A stretch of 64,000 nucleotides of DNA from Candidatus Kerfeldbacteria bacterium. Its GTDB lineage: Bacteria; Patescibacteriota; Patescibacteriia; UBA9570; XYC2-FULL-38-9. Made by a program: the position numbers and the translations under genes. The stretch lies in the NCBI GenBank assembly GCA_016182555.1, contig JACPGJ010000008.1, positions 455,411 through 519,410 of the forward strand. Direction: 5' to 3'. The notes under the pieces were generated by a model. It saw nothing but the letters and a program-made list of their open reading frames with translations. It was not told the origin of the DNA and did not search any database. Below are positions 8,376 through 17,983 of this stretch, one piece after another (position 1 is the stretch's first letter; every line of letters begins with the position of its first letter).

Positions 8376-9704
8376 TTATTGTTGAAGATATTGTGGCTGT
8401 ATCTCGTCTTTCCAATAATCGACACTGAAAAAATCATCCGGTGGAATATCTGTGATATTTTTTTGTTCATCAACAGTTGCGTGAGAAACTACTTGATTGT
8501 CTCGATACATGGTGTATTCCAGAATAGTATCATCCGTGGTATTAATAACAAATTCCACAGCTGGATCTGGTAAGCTTTCTTCTTCATTAAAAAATACATT
8601 TGACAGTTGATAACGTACACGTATGATTTCTTTACCAAGGTATTGTTCTTTTTCTTGTGACACCGGTTCTCCTAATTCATCAATACGCTGACGAATACTT
8701 AATGGATCCATAAATTGAGTTTCATATATATTTTCAATAGCGCGACCGAGAAAATCTTTTTGAACTGTTTTTTTATACTCTTCACGAAATGTTTCCAATT
8801 CTTCATTGCTAACAGTGCGAACCTGTATCGTATCAATATTCACTGCATACACTGCTGAGGAACGATCTCCGCTGACTATTTGAAATAAATGATCAGATGT
8901 ATTTTCCCTATGCGCGTTATATCGCATATCGCTGATATTTAGTGATACTTGATGTTGATATTTACCCTCAGCATCAACCCATGAATTAACGACGGATATG
9001 GAATCAATAAATCCAGATGCGCCAGTAGACATTTGTATATTCTCGTCATTTATTGATTCAGCGGTCGTCCAGGTAATGGATAGATCGCCACGAGGATCAT
9101 CTAAATGTTGTGCATGAACATTATTGAGAGCTAATGTTGTACCATTCATGAGTAATTTGGCAGTTCCCATATCAAAACCATCGCTACATTCAAATAAAAG
9201 ATTGACGTCCTTTACCGATGTAGTTTTTTCTTGTTGATAATCCACACGACAGCTTTGATTATCAACAGCGGAATAAAGAGTAGAACCTGTGAGCAAATCA
9301 AAACGCACATTGTTCCCCTGTTGCCAAATAGACACCTTCCCCATAAATCCACTGATTTCCTGATAACGAAATTCTGTAGAATTATTTGGATAAAAGGTAT
9401 TGTCAATAGATTTTGCAAGAACCTGGTTAATGTATATTCCATTTTTTGTATGTGGCCATGAACCAAATTCAATGATGCCAAAGACCGCAATAGCAAGCAC
9501 AACAGGAATGACACCAAAAGAAAATTTGTGTAATTTCATAAAACGAAATGGATGATGAGTAAATAGTGATGAAGAAATTAAATTTTCTTTCTGAAGAATG
9601 CGCGCAATGCGTTGTTGTAATTCACCTTGAAACACTTGGCGTTGTGGAATGATTTCACGTTGTAAAATTCGTGTTAATCGTTTGTTGAAGAAAAATTGTT
9701 TCAT
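8376..9704 (-). CDS. membrane-anchored protein, putative anti-sigma factor
   Basis: 442-aa ORF overlapping the ECF sigma gene by ATGA; ~60-aa cytoplasmic N-terminus, one TM (FGVIPVVLAIAVFGIIEF), large extracytoplasmic domain. Confidence 0.55.
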   Translation of the reverse strand: MKQFFFNKRLTRILQREIIPQRQVFQGELQQRIARILQKENLISSSLFTHHPFRFMKLHKFSFGVIPVVLAIAVFGIIEFGSWPHTKNGIYINQVLAKSIDNTFYPNNSTEFRYQEISGFMGKVSIWQQGNNVRFDLLTGSTLYSAVDNQSCRVDYQQEKTTSVKDVNLLFECSDGFDMGTAKLLMNGTTLALNNVHAQHLDDPRGDLSITWTTAESINDENIQMSTGASGFIDSISVVNSWVDAEGKYQHQVSLNISDMRYNAHRENTSDHLFQIVSGDRSSAVYAVNIDTIQVRTVSNEELETFREEYKKTVQKDFLGRAIENIYETQFMDPLSIRQRIDELGEPVSQEKEQYLGKEIIRVRYQLSNVFFNEEESLPDPAVEFVINTTDDTILEYTMYRDNQVVSHATVDEQKNITDIPPDDFFSVDYWKDEIQPQYLQQ

Positions 9705-10231
9705 AAATGTAATGGCGCTAATTGTTGACGAAGTATTTTTAATGCGCGAGATAGTGACGCGGCAACCGTACGCTCACCAATCTGCATAATTCCAGCAATT
9801 TCTTTATTGGATAGACCCGCTTGGTGACGCAGCAGCACGATCTCTTTTTGTCGTGACGGCAGTTGATCAATCGCCGCAAGTGCATGAGCAAGATTCAAAG
9901 AAAGATTTGCAACGGCATCACTCATTGCCGCAACAGGAATTTCAATAGCATCGATCGGAATATTGGTGTGTCGCTTTTTTCGGTAATAATCGATAAGCGC
10001 ATGACGAGCGATCGTGAAAATCCAACTACGCAATGTCGCTCCATCTTGTTCGTGGAAATCGTGAATATGTCGAACAACTTTTTCAAAAATGTCGCCAACA
10101 ATATCTTCTGTTTCTACCGTATTCCCAACACGAAAATAGATAAAGCGATACACGGGTTGAAAATAATCGTGAACAATAGTTTCGATTTGATATCTATGCA
10201 TAGGCAATATAAGGAAACGAATGAACAACAA
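9701..10231 (-). CDS. ECF-type sigma-70 family RNA polymerase sigma factor
   Basis: 176-aa ORF; region 2 (FIYFRVGNTVETEDIVGDIFEKV...ARHALIDYYRKK) and region 4 HTH (LPSRQKEIVLLRHQAGLSNKEIAGIMQIGERTV); start may be the internal Met at 10201. Confidence 0.8.
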   Translation of the reverse strand: MLFIRFLILPMHRYQIETIVHDYFQPVYRFIYFRVGNTVETEDIVGDIFEKVVRHIHDFHEQDGATLRSWIFTIARHALIDYYRKKRHTNIPIDAIEIPVAAMSDAVANLSLNLAHALAAIDQLPSRQKEIVLLRHQAGLSNKEIAGIMQIGERTVAASLSRALKILRQQLAPLHL

Positions 10232-10288
10232 AAATACTGCTTTTGGACGAATTCCGCAAGCAGTATTTTGAAATATTGTTATAGCAAT

Positions 10289-11323
10289 TTATACCGTTGC
10301 TTTACGCCCAACACCAATAGCCTGTTCTATTAAACGATGAGAATATCCATATTCGTTGTCATACCAGGCGACGACTTTCACCAAATTTCCGCCGACCACA
10401 TTGGTGAGCGCTAAATCAACGAGCGAAGAAACAGAGCGACCAATGACGTCGCTGGAGACAATAGGATCATTCGTGACTTCCAGGATGCCTTTGTAGCGCG
10501 GTGTCTCGGCAGCGCTCGTGAGAGCAGCGTTTACTTCTTCGGCAGTGACATCGCGCTTCAGTAACGCCGTAATATCGCTGACTGAACCGACCGGTACGGG
10601 TACACGAAATGCGAGGCCATCAAAAATACCGTTAAGCTGTGGAACTGTTTCCGCAGTAGCGATCGCTGCTCCGGTGGTGGTGGGAACAATATTGAGCGCA
10701 GCACTACGGGCACGACGAGGATCTTTATGAAAGCCGTCCACCAGGTTTTGATCTGCCGTGTATCCATGAATCGTGGACATCATCGCTTTTTCAATACCAA
10801 AAGTGCGCTCTAAAACTTCCATCACCGGCGCGATACAATTTGTGGTACACGATGCATTGGAAATGACTTGGTCTTTTGTTGCGTCAAAATCTTCGTGGTT
10901 CACACCAAGCACAAATGTACCAACAGGCTCCCCTGTTTTTGCTGGGGCGGAAATAATCACCACTTTCGCACCGCCCGCGAGGTGCCTTGCAGCCCCCTCT
11001 TTATTCGTAAACACACCCGTACATTCCAACACAACATCAACTGCCAAATCTTTCCACGGCAATTTTTCCGGTTCTTTTTCCGCGAATTTTTTGAACTGCA
11101 CGCCGTCAACGGAAATGAATCCGGAACCAGAGCTCACTGTATGTGGAAACGCACGATACACCGAGTCATATTTCAATACTTCTGCGGCTTGGGCTTCTGT
11201 TGATAGGTCGTTAATCGCAACGATTTCTACTTCATCAGCATGATGCTCATACGCAATTTTGAATGCGATTTTACCAATGCGTCCAAAACCGTTAATAGCG
11301 ATACGAATTTTTTTCTGTGCCAT
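10289..11323 (-). CDS. gap: glyceraldehyde-3-phosphate dehydrogenase
   Basis: 344-aa ORF; NAD-binding INGFGRIGK and catalytic ASCTTNCIAP motifs. Confidence 0.9.
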   Translation of the reverse strand: MAQKKIRIAINGFGRIGKIAFKIAYEHHADEVEIVAINDLSTEAQAAEVLKYDSVYRAFPHTVSSGSGFISVDGVQFKKFAEKEPEKLPWKDLAVDVVLECTGVFTNKEGAARHLAGGAKVVIISAPAKTGEPVGTFVLGVNHEDFDATKDQVISNASCTTNCIAPVMEVLERTFGIEKAMMSTIHGYTADQNLVDGFHKDPRRARSAALNIVPTTTGAAIATAETVPQLNGIFDGLAFRVPVPVGSVSDITALLKRDVTAEEVNAALTSAAETPRYKGILEVTNDPIVSSDVIGRSVSSLVDLALTNVVGGNLVKVVAWYDNEYGYSHRLIEQAIGVGRKATV

Positions 11324-11335
11324 AAAAATAAAAAA

Positions 11336-11838
11336 TTATAAAAATGAAAATACTCCTAAGGTGATTGCTGTGGCAATAACGCCCGCAAACAGAATACCGC
11401 CAAATAACATAGGAAAAGCTTTATGAAATGGGATGCCAAATAACCATGCCGCGAGTGCGCCACTCCACATGCCAGAACCGGGCAGTGGCAATGGAATAGC
11501 CACAAAAAACAACAAGGCTGCATTGCCCCATTTTTCATGTTTCGCATAAAAATCTTTACGCGTTTTTTCAAACAGCCAGGTAAAAAATCTGTTCATGATT
11601 TTTGAATGTCGGCGTAAGATATTAGCAATCGGTTCAATGAATAATAAAATCGCGATTCCCGGCACTAAGCTACCGCTCACGGCGAGCAGATAGACTTTCC
11701 ACCACGGTAAGTGCCACCCGCCAATACCGGCAGGAATAGCCGCACTCAATTCCAATGACGGTAACATGGCAATCAAAAAAACAGCCAACTCATGTGGAAT
11801 TGTCGCAAATGTTTCTAACGGGTTAATTCCAAGCATAA
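11336..11838 (-). CDS. small integral membrane protein (PLPGSG...WSG motif; small-multidrug-export-like family)
   Basis: ORF 11336..12001 trimmed to the internal Met (MLGINPLETF) to limit overlap with the upstream gene; several TMs; AIPLPLPGSGMWSGALAAWLFGIP. Confidence 0.5.
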
Positions 11839-12782
11839 TGTAAAAATGTCCATTCAATGATCTGTTTTGCGGTAGTAAACCGACCTTCTTCTGTTGGCGC
11901 ACCAAGCACGACAACAATGACATCGCGTTCGCTGTGTGGTTCACGTACTTCGACCACCACGCAGTAGCCAGCTTCATCTGTATAGCCTGTTTTTCCACCA
12001 ACGATGTTCAGATCTGTATCATATAATAATTTATCGGTGGTGTATACGGTAATCGGCTGGTGCGTATCTTCGATTTCTTGAGCGTGTTTGGTCATACTGG
12101 CTGGCACTTGAATTTCGGGTTTACTGAAGGCTTCTCGGGCAAGCAAGGCAATATCGAACGGGGTGGAAATGTTCCCTTTGTACAAGCCCGTGGGATCGAC
12201 AAATGTCGTATGTTCCATACTCAGTGCCTGAGCTTTGTGATTCATGGCAGCGACAAATTCGTCTTCGCTGAGTCTACTGCTGTGTGCCAGTGCGAGCGCC
12301 GTGTCATTATATGAAGCCACCAGGCTTGAGCGGAGTACATTGAACGTCGTCAGTTGTGCGCCATAAGGCAGATTCAATTCCTTCCCCCCAGGTGTATCAT
12401 CTTCTGGAGCGAATGTGTGAATATGATTTAACCCATCAGCAGGTTTATGATCAAGCCACACCAATGCGGTCATGAGTTTGGTAATGGAAGCAATAGACAC
12501 TTCGGCGTCTGGATTTTTTTGCCATAATACTTGTTGTGTTGCGGCGTCCATCACCACGCTACTGCGCGCATCAATTTCCGGACCGTGATCGTCATCAATT
12601 TTTTTTGGTGGAAGAAATGTCGTGTCAACCGCTGGCATCAACCGCCATTCAAACGCGTTCGCCTCTTCAGACGTGGTTGTTGGCACAATCACAAAATGCT
12701 CTGCCTGCGTCATCGCTTCCGGCAATGGCAGTTTGGCTAATTGAGTAATAATAGCAATACTCAGTAAAAAATTGGTGAGCAT
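11823..12782 (-). CDS. D-alanyl-D-alanine carboxypeptidase (serine peptidase S11/PBP fold)
   Basis: 319-aa ORF with signal peptide; SxxK (ASITK), SxN (SYN) and KTG (GGKTGYT) motifs. Confidence 0.75.
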   Translation of the reverse strand: MLTNFLLSIAIITQLAKLPLPEAMTQAEHFVIVPTTTSEEANAFEWRLMPAVDTTFLPPKKIDDDHGPEIDARSSVVMDAATQQVLWQKNPDAEVSIASITKLMTALVWLDHKPADGLNHIHTFAPEDDTPGGKELNLPYGAQLTTFNVLRSSLVASYNDTALALAHSSRLSEDEFVAAMNHKAQALSMEHTTFVDPTGLYKGNISTPFDIALLAREAFSKPEIQVPASMTKHAQEIEDTHQPITVYTTDKLLYDTDLNIVGGKTGYTDEAGYCVVVEVREPHSERDVIVVVLGAPTEEGRFTTAKQIIEWTFLHYAWN

Positions 12783-12812
12783 AGAAAATACGGTGAGTTA
12801 CTGACGTACAAA

Positions 12813-13385
12813 TTATACGGCTTGTTGAAAAAAATCTTCGGGGTTTTGTTGAGCTGCAAGCAATTCCTGCAGGTGCACATTCTTGTTCAACTCTTCGTAA
12901 TTTGGAAGATCGGTGATTTTATTTAATCCAAGATAGCGCAAAAATTCAATGGTCGCGCTATACACCGGCGTGCCAATTTCTGTTTCACCGACTTCTTCCA
13001 CGAGTCCGCGAATCATCAAATTGCGAAGAATAAGGCTGCAATTTACACCACGAATCAATTCAATTTCGGTTTTTGGAACCGGACCGCGATAGGCAATGAT
13101 CGTCAATGTTTCCAATGATGGGCGCGTCAGCTCTCCGGTTTCCTCTTCCTGAATATATTGCTGAATAAATGCAGATTCTGCTGGCGCAGTCATGAGCTGC
13201 ACCGTATTGCTTTCAATAACCAACGTCACTCCACCACCGCGTTGTTCATATTGGCCTTGCAATACAGTGACGGTTGTCGCTACCGCTTCTTCTTCTGCAC
13301 TGCATATATGTGCTAATTTCTTGAACGTGAATGGTTTAGATTCAAGAAACAGCAATGCTTCAATTTTTCGCTGCAGACTTTCCAT
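12813..13385 (-). CDS. scpB: segregation and condensation protein B
   Basis: 190-aa ORF, ScpB-like winged helices (IEALLFLESKPFTFKKLAHI); immediately downstream of scpA. Confidence 0.85.
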   Translation of the reverse strand: MESLQRKIEALLFLESKPFTFKKLAHICSAEEEAVATTVTVLQGQYEQRGGGVTLVIESNTVQLMTAPAESAFIQQYIQEEETGELTRPSLETLTIIAYRGPVPKTEIELIRGVNCSLILRNLMIRGLVEEVGETEIGTPVYSATIEFLRYLGLNKITDLPNYEELNKNVHLQELLAAQQNPEDFFQQAV

Positions 13386-13389
13386 AAAA

Positions 13390-14109
13390 TTATATATGTG
13401 AATGTTTTTTAATACGCATTTGTTTAAAGGATTGATCTTGTTCTACCACAATCGTCTGTTGTTTCACCAGTTCGAGTAATGCCAGAAATGTCACAACGAC
13501 TTCTCCACGATCTCGATTATCCGCAAGCAACTGGTCAAAACTCATGGTGATATTTTTTTCGATCAAGTTGCGCACCTGCGCCAATTTTTCACGCAAGCTC
13601 ATCACTTTTTCAATCGCAGCTTTTGGAATACGCACGACGGGTTCAAGACGGCTTAAGATGTCGACAAAAAATGTACGTAAGTGCTCAGTAGATATATCCT
13701 GCGGCGGATGAAATACCACTTGCGTAAATTTTTCACGAGGCGTTTTTTTCGCGTAGAGAAATTGTTTGCGACCGATCAGTTCTTCAATACCTACCGTTGC
13801 TTCCGCATATTTTTTATACATGCGCAGTTGTGCAGCCAACTCGCCAGGGTCTTCTTCGTCTTCTATTTGCAGATACGGCAAGAGTGCACGCGATTTAAGC
13901 AGCAGCAGCTTTGTGGCAACAACAAGGAAATCTGCCAGTTCTTCGGGTAAGCGCTCTTCAACCTCCTCTAAATACGCTAAGAATTGTTCGGTAACACTCG
14001 CGAGCGATACTTCCGTAATTTCCAATTGGTCTTCTTCAATGAGTTGCAATAACAAATCGAGCGGGCCAGTAAAATTTTCAAGTTCCAGCGCTTTTTTCAT
14101 GCTTGTCAC
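13390..14109 (-). CDS. scpA: segregation and condensation protein A
   Basis: 239-aa ORF; N-terminal LENFTGPLDLLLQLIEEDQLEITEVSLASVTEQFLAYL is characteristic of ScpA. Confidence 0.85.
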   Translation of the reverse strand: MTSMKKALELENFTGPLDLLLQLIEEDQLEITEVSLASVTEQFLAYLEEVEERLPEELADFLVVATKLLLLKSRALLPYLQIEDEEDPGELAAQLRMYKKYAEATVGIEELIGRKQFLYAKKTPREKFTQVVFHPPQDISTEHLRTFFVDILSRLEPVVRIPKAAIEKVMSLREKLAQVRNLIEKNITMSFDQLLADNRDRGEVVVTFLALLELVKQQTIVVEQDQSFKQMRIKKHSHI

Positions 14110-15372
14110 TTAGGAAGATGTTAAGTAGGCATCAATAAACGCATCGGGGTTTTTAGGATGACTCTCTGCAGCACGCTTGATAACAGCCTGATTCACTCGA
14201 CCTTGATATTTCTCGGTAAGACGATCTATTGCCTCAAGATATTCATCAATGAACCCATCAGGGTCTTTCAAGCTATTCAAAGCAGCATATTTGATAACAG
14301 TTTGACCCACTCGATCATGATATTTCTGACTCAGACGATCCATGATCTTAAGATATCCGTCAATAAAACCATCAGGATCCTTGGGATTACTCTCTGCGGC
14401 ATGCTTAATAACGCTTTGATCCACTCGACTTTGATATTTCTCGGTTAGATGACTCACGGTCTTAAGATATCCGTCAATAAAACCATCAGGGTCTTTCAAG
14501 CTATTCAAAGCAGCATATTTGATAACACCCTGATCAACTCGATCCTGATATTTCTCAGTAAGACGATCTACTGCCTCAAGATACTCATCAATAAAACCAT
14601 CAGGATCCTTGGGATTGCTCTCTGCGGCACGTTTGATAACTCTTTGATCCACTCGATCCTGATACTTCTGACTCAAACGATCCACGGTCTTAAGATATCC
14701 GTTAATGAAACGATCAGGATCCTTGGGATTGCTCTCTGCGGCACGTTTGATAACACTTTGATCCACTCGATCCTGATACTTCTCAGTAAGACAATCCACT
14801 GCCTCAAGATACTCATCAATAAAACCATCAGGATATCTAGGATTACTTACCGCGGCACGTTTGATAACTCTTTGATCCACTCGATCCTGATACTTTTCAG
14901 CGAGGCGCTCTATTTCTTTTGGATTGAGCCAATGAGATAACTCTGCAAATGCGAGTGTTGTCAAAAATGAATCCCCACGCCGATGTGATTGGCGCAGTGA
15001 CAAAATAAAATCAAACACGGCTTGATCAAAAATGGTTGCAAATTGTACTGTATTATGCAAAAGACTTTCTGGTGATTTTTTTTCTAATCTTGCTACAATT
15101 TTAATTTTTTTTTGCAGTGTGGATTGAAATACTTTTATAACATCATCGACTGATATTGCCCGTGCCTCTTCAAAATCTTTACTTATTTTCTTCCATTCAT
15201 TCTCTATCCATTCTCGATTGGCTTGAACAGCTACGGCAACAGCGGCTTCAAGTGTTGGTTTCACCTGTTCTTTAAAAGCTGTAGTTCCGACACCCTTAAT
15301 AGTAATTCCTTCCGTTAATGCTTGGCTTTTCGCTTTTCGGCCTTCGCGTATGAGGCTAGGTTTATAACGCAT
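14110..15372 (-). CDS. hypothetical protein with seven near-identical 38-aa tandem repeats
   Basis: ORF 14110..15441 trimmed to the Met at 15372 to avoid overlap with aspS; ~180-aa unique N-terminus, then repeats EKYQDRVDQxVIKRAAESNPKDPDGFIDEYLEAVDRLT. Confidence 0.7.
   Translation of the reverse strand: MRYKPSLIREGRKAKSQALTEGITIKGVGTTAFKEQVKPTLEAAVAVAVQANREWIENEWKKISKDFEEARAISVDDVIKVFQSTLQKKIKIVARLEKKSPESLLHNTVQFATIFDQAVFDFILSLRQSHRRGDSFLTTLAFAELSHWLNPKEIERLAEKYQDRVDQRVIKRAAVSNPRYPDGFIDEYLEAVDCLTEKYQDRVDQSVIKRAAESNPKDPDRFINGYLKTVDRLSQKYQDRVDQRVIKRAAESNPKDPDGFIDEYLEAVDRLTEKYQDRVDQGVIKYAALNSLKDPDGFIDGYLKTVSHLTEKYQSRVDQSVIKHAAESNPKDPDGFIDGYLKIMDRLSQKYHDRVGQTVIKYAALNSLKDPDGFIDEYLEAIDRLTEKYQGRVNQAVIKRAAESHPKNPDAFIDAYLTSS
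14113..14898. repeat. 114-bp tandem coding repeat, about 7 copies
   Basis: Near-identical 114-nt units visible in DNA (e.g. ...catcagggtctttcaagctattcaaagcagcatatttgataac... recurs at a 228-nt spacing); they generate artifactual antisense ORFs. Confidence 0.8.
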
Positions 15373-15376
15373 ATTT

Positions 15377-16765
15377 CTATCTTTCTTTGATCTGAATACC
15401 AAGTTCGTCCAGTTGTTGCTGTGCGACAACAGAAGGCGCACCCATCAACAAATCTCGTCCTTCGGCGGTTTTTGGAAATGCAATGACTTCGCGAATGCTT
15501 GGTTCATTGGCCAAAATCATGACAATGCGGTCAATACCCGGGGCAATTCCGCCATGAGGTGGTGCGCCATACGTAAACGCATTCAACATGTGACCAAAAC
15601 GAGATTCTTGCTCTTCTTTGCTAATGTTGAGCAGATTAAAAATTTTCTGCTGCATCGTCTGTTCATGAATACGAATGCTACCACTGGCAAGTTCATATCC
15701 ATTCAAAACTAAATCGTATGAATTTGCGCGAACACTCAATGGTTCGTTATCGAGCTTTGCAACATCTTCCGGTTTCACCGAACAGAATGGATGATGTTTA
15801 GCTTGTAAACTTCCATCATCCCCTTCTTCAAACATGGGAAAATCGAGCACCCAGCAAAATGCTAACTCATTTGGGTCTTCCGGATTTTTTCGTAAATCTG
15901 GTTTATCATGACCAAATTTTTCCATCGATTCTGCATACGTTAACCGTGGGAATGGAACGGTGGAAAGATGTTTTTCTGGCGCAGTCTGTTTCACCATTTC
16001 AATAAACATCGCTTCGGTGTATTGCAAAATATCTTCTTGGGTAATGAAAGACATTTCATAATCGAGTTGCGTAAATTCTGGTTGGCGGTCTCCGCGTGAA
16101 TCTTCATCTCGAAAGCACCGCGCAATTTGGAAGTATCGTTCTAACCCCGACACCATCAATAATTGTTTAAACTGTTGCGGCGATTGTGGCAATACATAAA
16201 ATTTTCCTTTTTGTAAACGCGATGGAACGATGTACTCTCGTGATCCTTCTGGTGTTCCTTTCATCATAATAGGCGTTTCAATTTCTAGAAAATCATGTTC
16301 ACCCATATACCTGCGGAAAAACGCAACAACCCGGTCACGCAACATGATATTCTTCTTCATTCGTTCTGTACGCAAATCAAGATAGCGGTATTTCATTCGC
16401 AATTCTTCGTTGATCGGCTGTGTATCTTGCGCAACATCAAACGGCGGCGTCTCCGCAGTGTTCAAAATAGTGAGCGCGAGGGCTTCAATTTCAATGGTGC
16501 CAGTTGGCGAGTTGGCATTCACCTGTTTTTCCGGGCGCGCATTTACTTGGCCACGAATTTCAACCACAAATTCCGGGCGCAGTCTTGCGGCTTCTTCCAA
16601 TGCCTCTTTATGATTCGGTAAAAAGACCACTTGGCAAATGCCTGAGCGGTCACGAAGATCAATAAAAATAAGCTTTCCCATGTCGCGGCGGACGTGTACC
16701 CAGCCTTTTAACACCACCTCCTGCCCTGTTTTTTGCAGGGTATCAATAATCCATGTACGTTCCAT
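15377..16765 (-). CDS. aspS: aspartyl-tRNA synthetase, short form without GAD insertion
   Basis: 462-aa ORF; N-terminal OB fold; class II motifs including FRDEDSRGDRQPEFTQLDYEMSF and GAPPHGGIAPGIDR. Confidence 0.85.
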   Translation of the reverse strand: MERTWIIDTLQKTGQEVVLKGWVHVRRDMGKLIFIDLRDRSGICQVVFLPNHKEALEEAARLRPEFVVEIRGQVNARPEKQVNANSPTGTIEIEALALTILNTAETPPFDVAQDTQPINEELRMKYRYLDLRTERMKKNIMLRDRVVAFFRRYMGEHDFLEIETPIMMKGTPEGSREYIVPSRLQKGKFYVLPQSPQQFKQLLMVSGLERYFQIARCFRDEDSRGDRQPEFTQLDYEMSFITQEDILQYTEAMFIEMVKQTAPEKHLSTVPFPRLTYAESMEKFGHDKPDLRKNPEDPNELAFCWVLDFPMFEEGDDGSLQAKHHPFCSVKPEDVAKLDNEPLSVRANSYDLVLNGYELASGSIRIHEQTMQQKIFNLLNISKEEQESRFGHMLNAFTYGAPPHGGIAPGIDRIVMILANEPSIREVIAFPKTAEGRDLLMGAPSVVAQQQLDELGIQIKER

Positions 16766-16837
16766 ACAAATTCAAAAAATAATAATTACGTATTTGCCAC
16801 TATACAGGATATATACGCTTTTTTCAACAATTGGGTG

Positions 16838-17914
16838 TTATAATTTTTTGTATCGCGTACCACGCCCCTGCCCGATACGCTTCAACTTTCCCAATTTCAC
16901 TAAACGATTCAGTGCCTGACGAACGGTGGGCATCACCACACCAGTGGCTTTCACTATCTCGGTTGGGCCAGCTTCTGCTACATCACCAAAATATTTCCAC
17001 ACGGCGTATTGTTTTGGCGAAAGCGTGTCTTCCACTTTTTCTTCTTGCAAGTACGCGAGTGCTTTTGTCGCTTGCTCTCGCACAACAGAAAGAAAAAAAT
17101 TCAACCACGGAGTAATAGTTTCACTCTCCGTGCCAAAAGTTTGTTGAGATTTTCGCAACGCAATATAATATTCGTCCTTCCGACGTTCTACAATTTGCTC
17201 GTGCGAAACATAGTGCACAAACTGATACCCCGATCGCAACAACAACAAATTCGTGAGCACACGTGAAGTTCGGCCATTCCCATCTTCAAACGGATGAATT
17301 TTCAAAAACTCAATAATAAAATTGGCAATGATTAACAGCGAATGAAAACGATTTTTCTCCAATGCAACTATTGTCCAATCCACCAACTCTTGCATCTCTT
17401 TTGCGGTCAAATACGCCGGTGTTGTTTCAAACATGATTCGCACCACTTGACCGTTCTGTCCCAATACACCCACCGTATTCTCTTTCTTTTTGTATTCACC
17501 TCGATGCAGATCATCTTTGGTAGAATATTTCAACAACTCTTTATGCAGCGCGGTAATGATGCTTTCTCGCAGCGGCAGTGTTTGAAAGCTCTCAAATACT
17601 TTTTGCAGGGTTTCCAAATAACCCTGCACTTCTTGTGAATCACGGTCAGCAAATTTTGAAACCGCAAGACCACGCATTATTTTTTCTACTTCTTCATCTG
17701 TGAGCTTGCTCCCTTCAATACGAGTAGAACTACCTGCAGAAGTGATAAGCGTGGATTTACGAAGATGGTCAATCGCTTGTGGCGTCATGCGCAAACCAGA
17801 CTTAAATTCACCACGAATACCATCAATTTCCGCCAAAAGAGCCACGATGTGGGGTTCGGGGTTATGTACTCGATTATCGTATTTTCGCTTAATATCGCTA
17901 TTATTTTCGCTCAT
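16838..17914 (-). CDS. Fic-family protein with C-terminal winged HTH
   Basis: 358-aa ORF; Fic motif HPFEDGNGRTSRVL; N-terminal inhibitory-helix motif STRIEGSK; C-terminal wHTH (PTEIVKATGVVMPTVRQALNRLVKLGKLKRIGQGRGTRY). Confidence 0.8.
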   Translation of the reverse strand: MSENNSDIKRKYDNRVHNPEPHIVALLAEIDGIRGEFKSGLRMTPQAIDHLRKSTLITSAGSSTRIEGSKLTDEEVEKIMRGLAVSKFADRDSQEVQGYLETLQKVFESFQTLPLRESIITALHKELLKYSTKDDLHRGEYKKKENTVGVLGQNGQVVRIMFETTPAYLTAKEMQELVDWTIVALEKNRFHSLLIIANFIIEFLKIHPFEDGNGRTSRVLTNLLLLRSGYQFVHYVSHEQIVERRKDEYYIALRKSQQTFGTESETITPWLNFFLSVVREQATKALAYLQEEKVEDTLSPKQYAVWKYFGDVAEAGPTEIVKATGVVMPTVRQALNRLVKLGKLKRIGQGRGTRYKKL

Positions 17915-17983
17915 ATATTAACGCTATAGTGTATATAGCGGATTATAGCCGATTATAGCGGAAAATGCAAATATGCCCTATTT

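Noticed and set aside
14158-14940. Plus-strand ORFs 14158..14448 and 14449..14940
   Set aside because: They are antisense to the tandem-repeat gene, and their repeated LIHSxLIFL peptides simply mirror the 114-bp DNA repeats. These are artifacts. The repeats are coding tandem repeats, not a CRISPR array: the units are identical and contiguous with no unique spacers.
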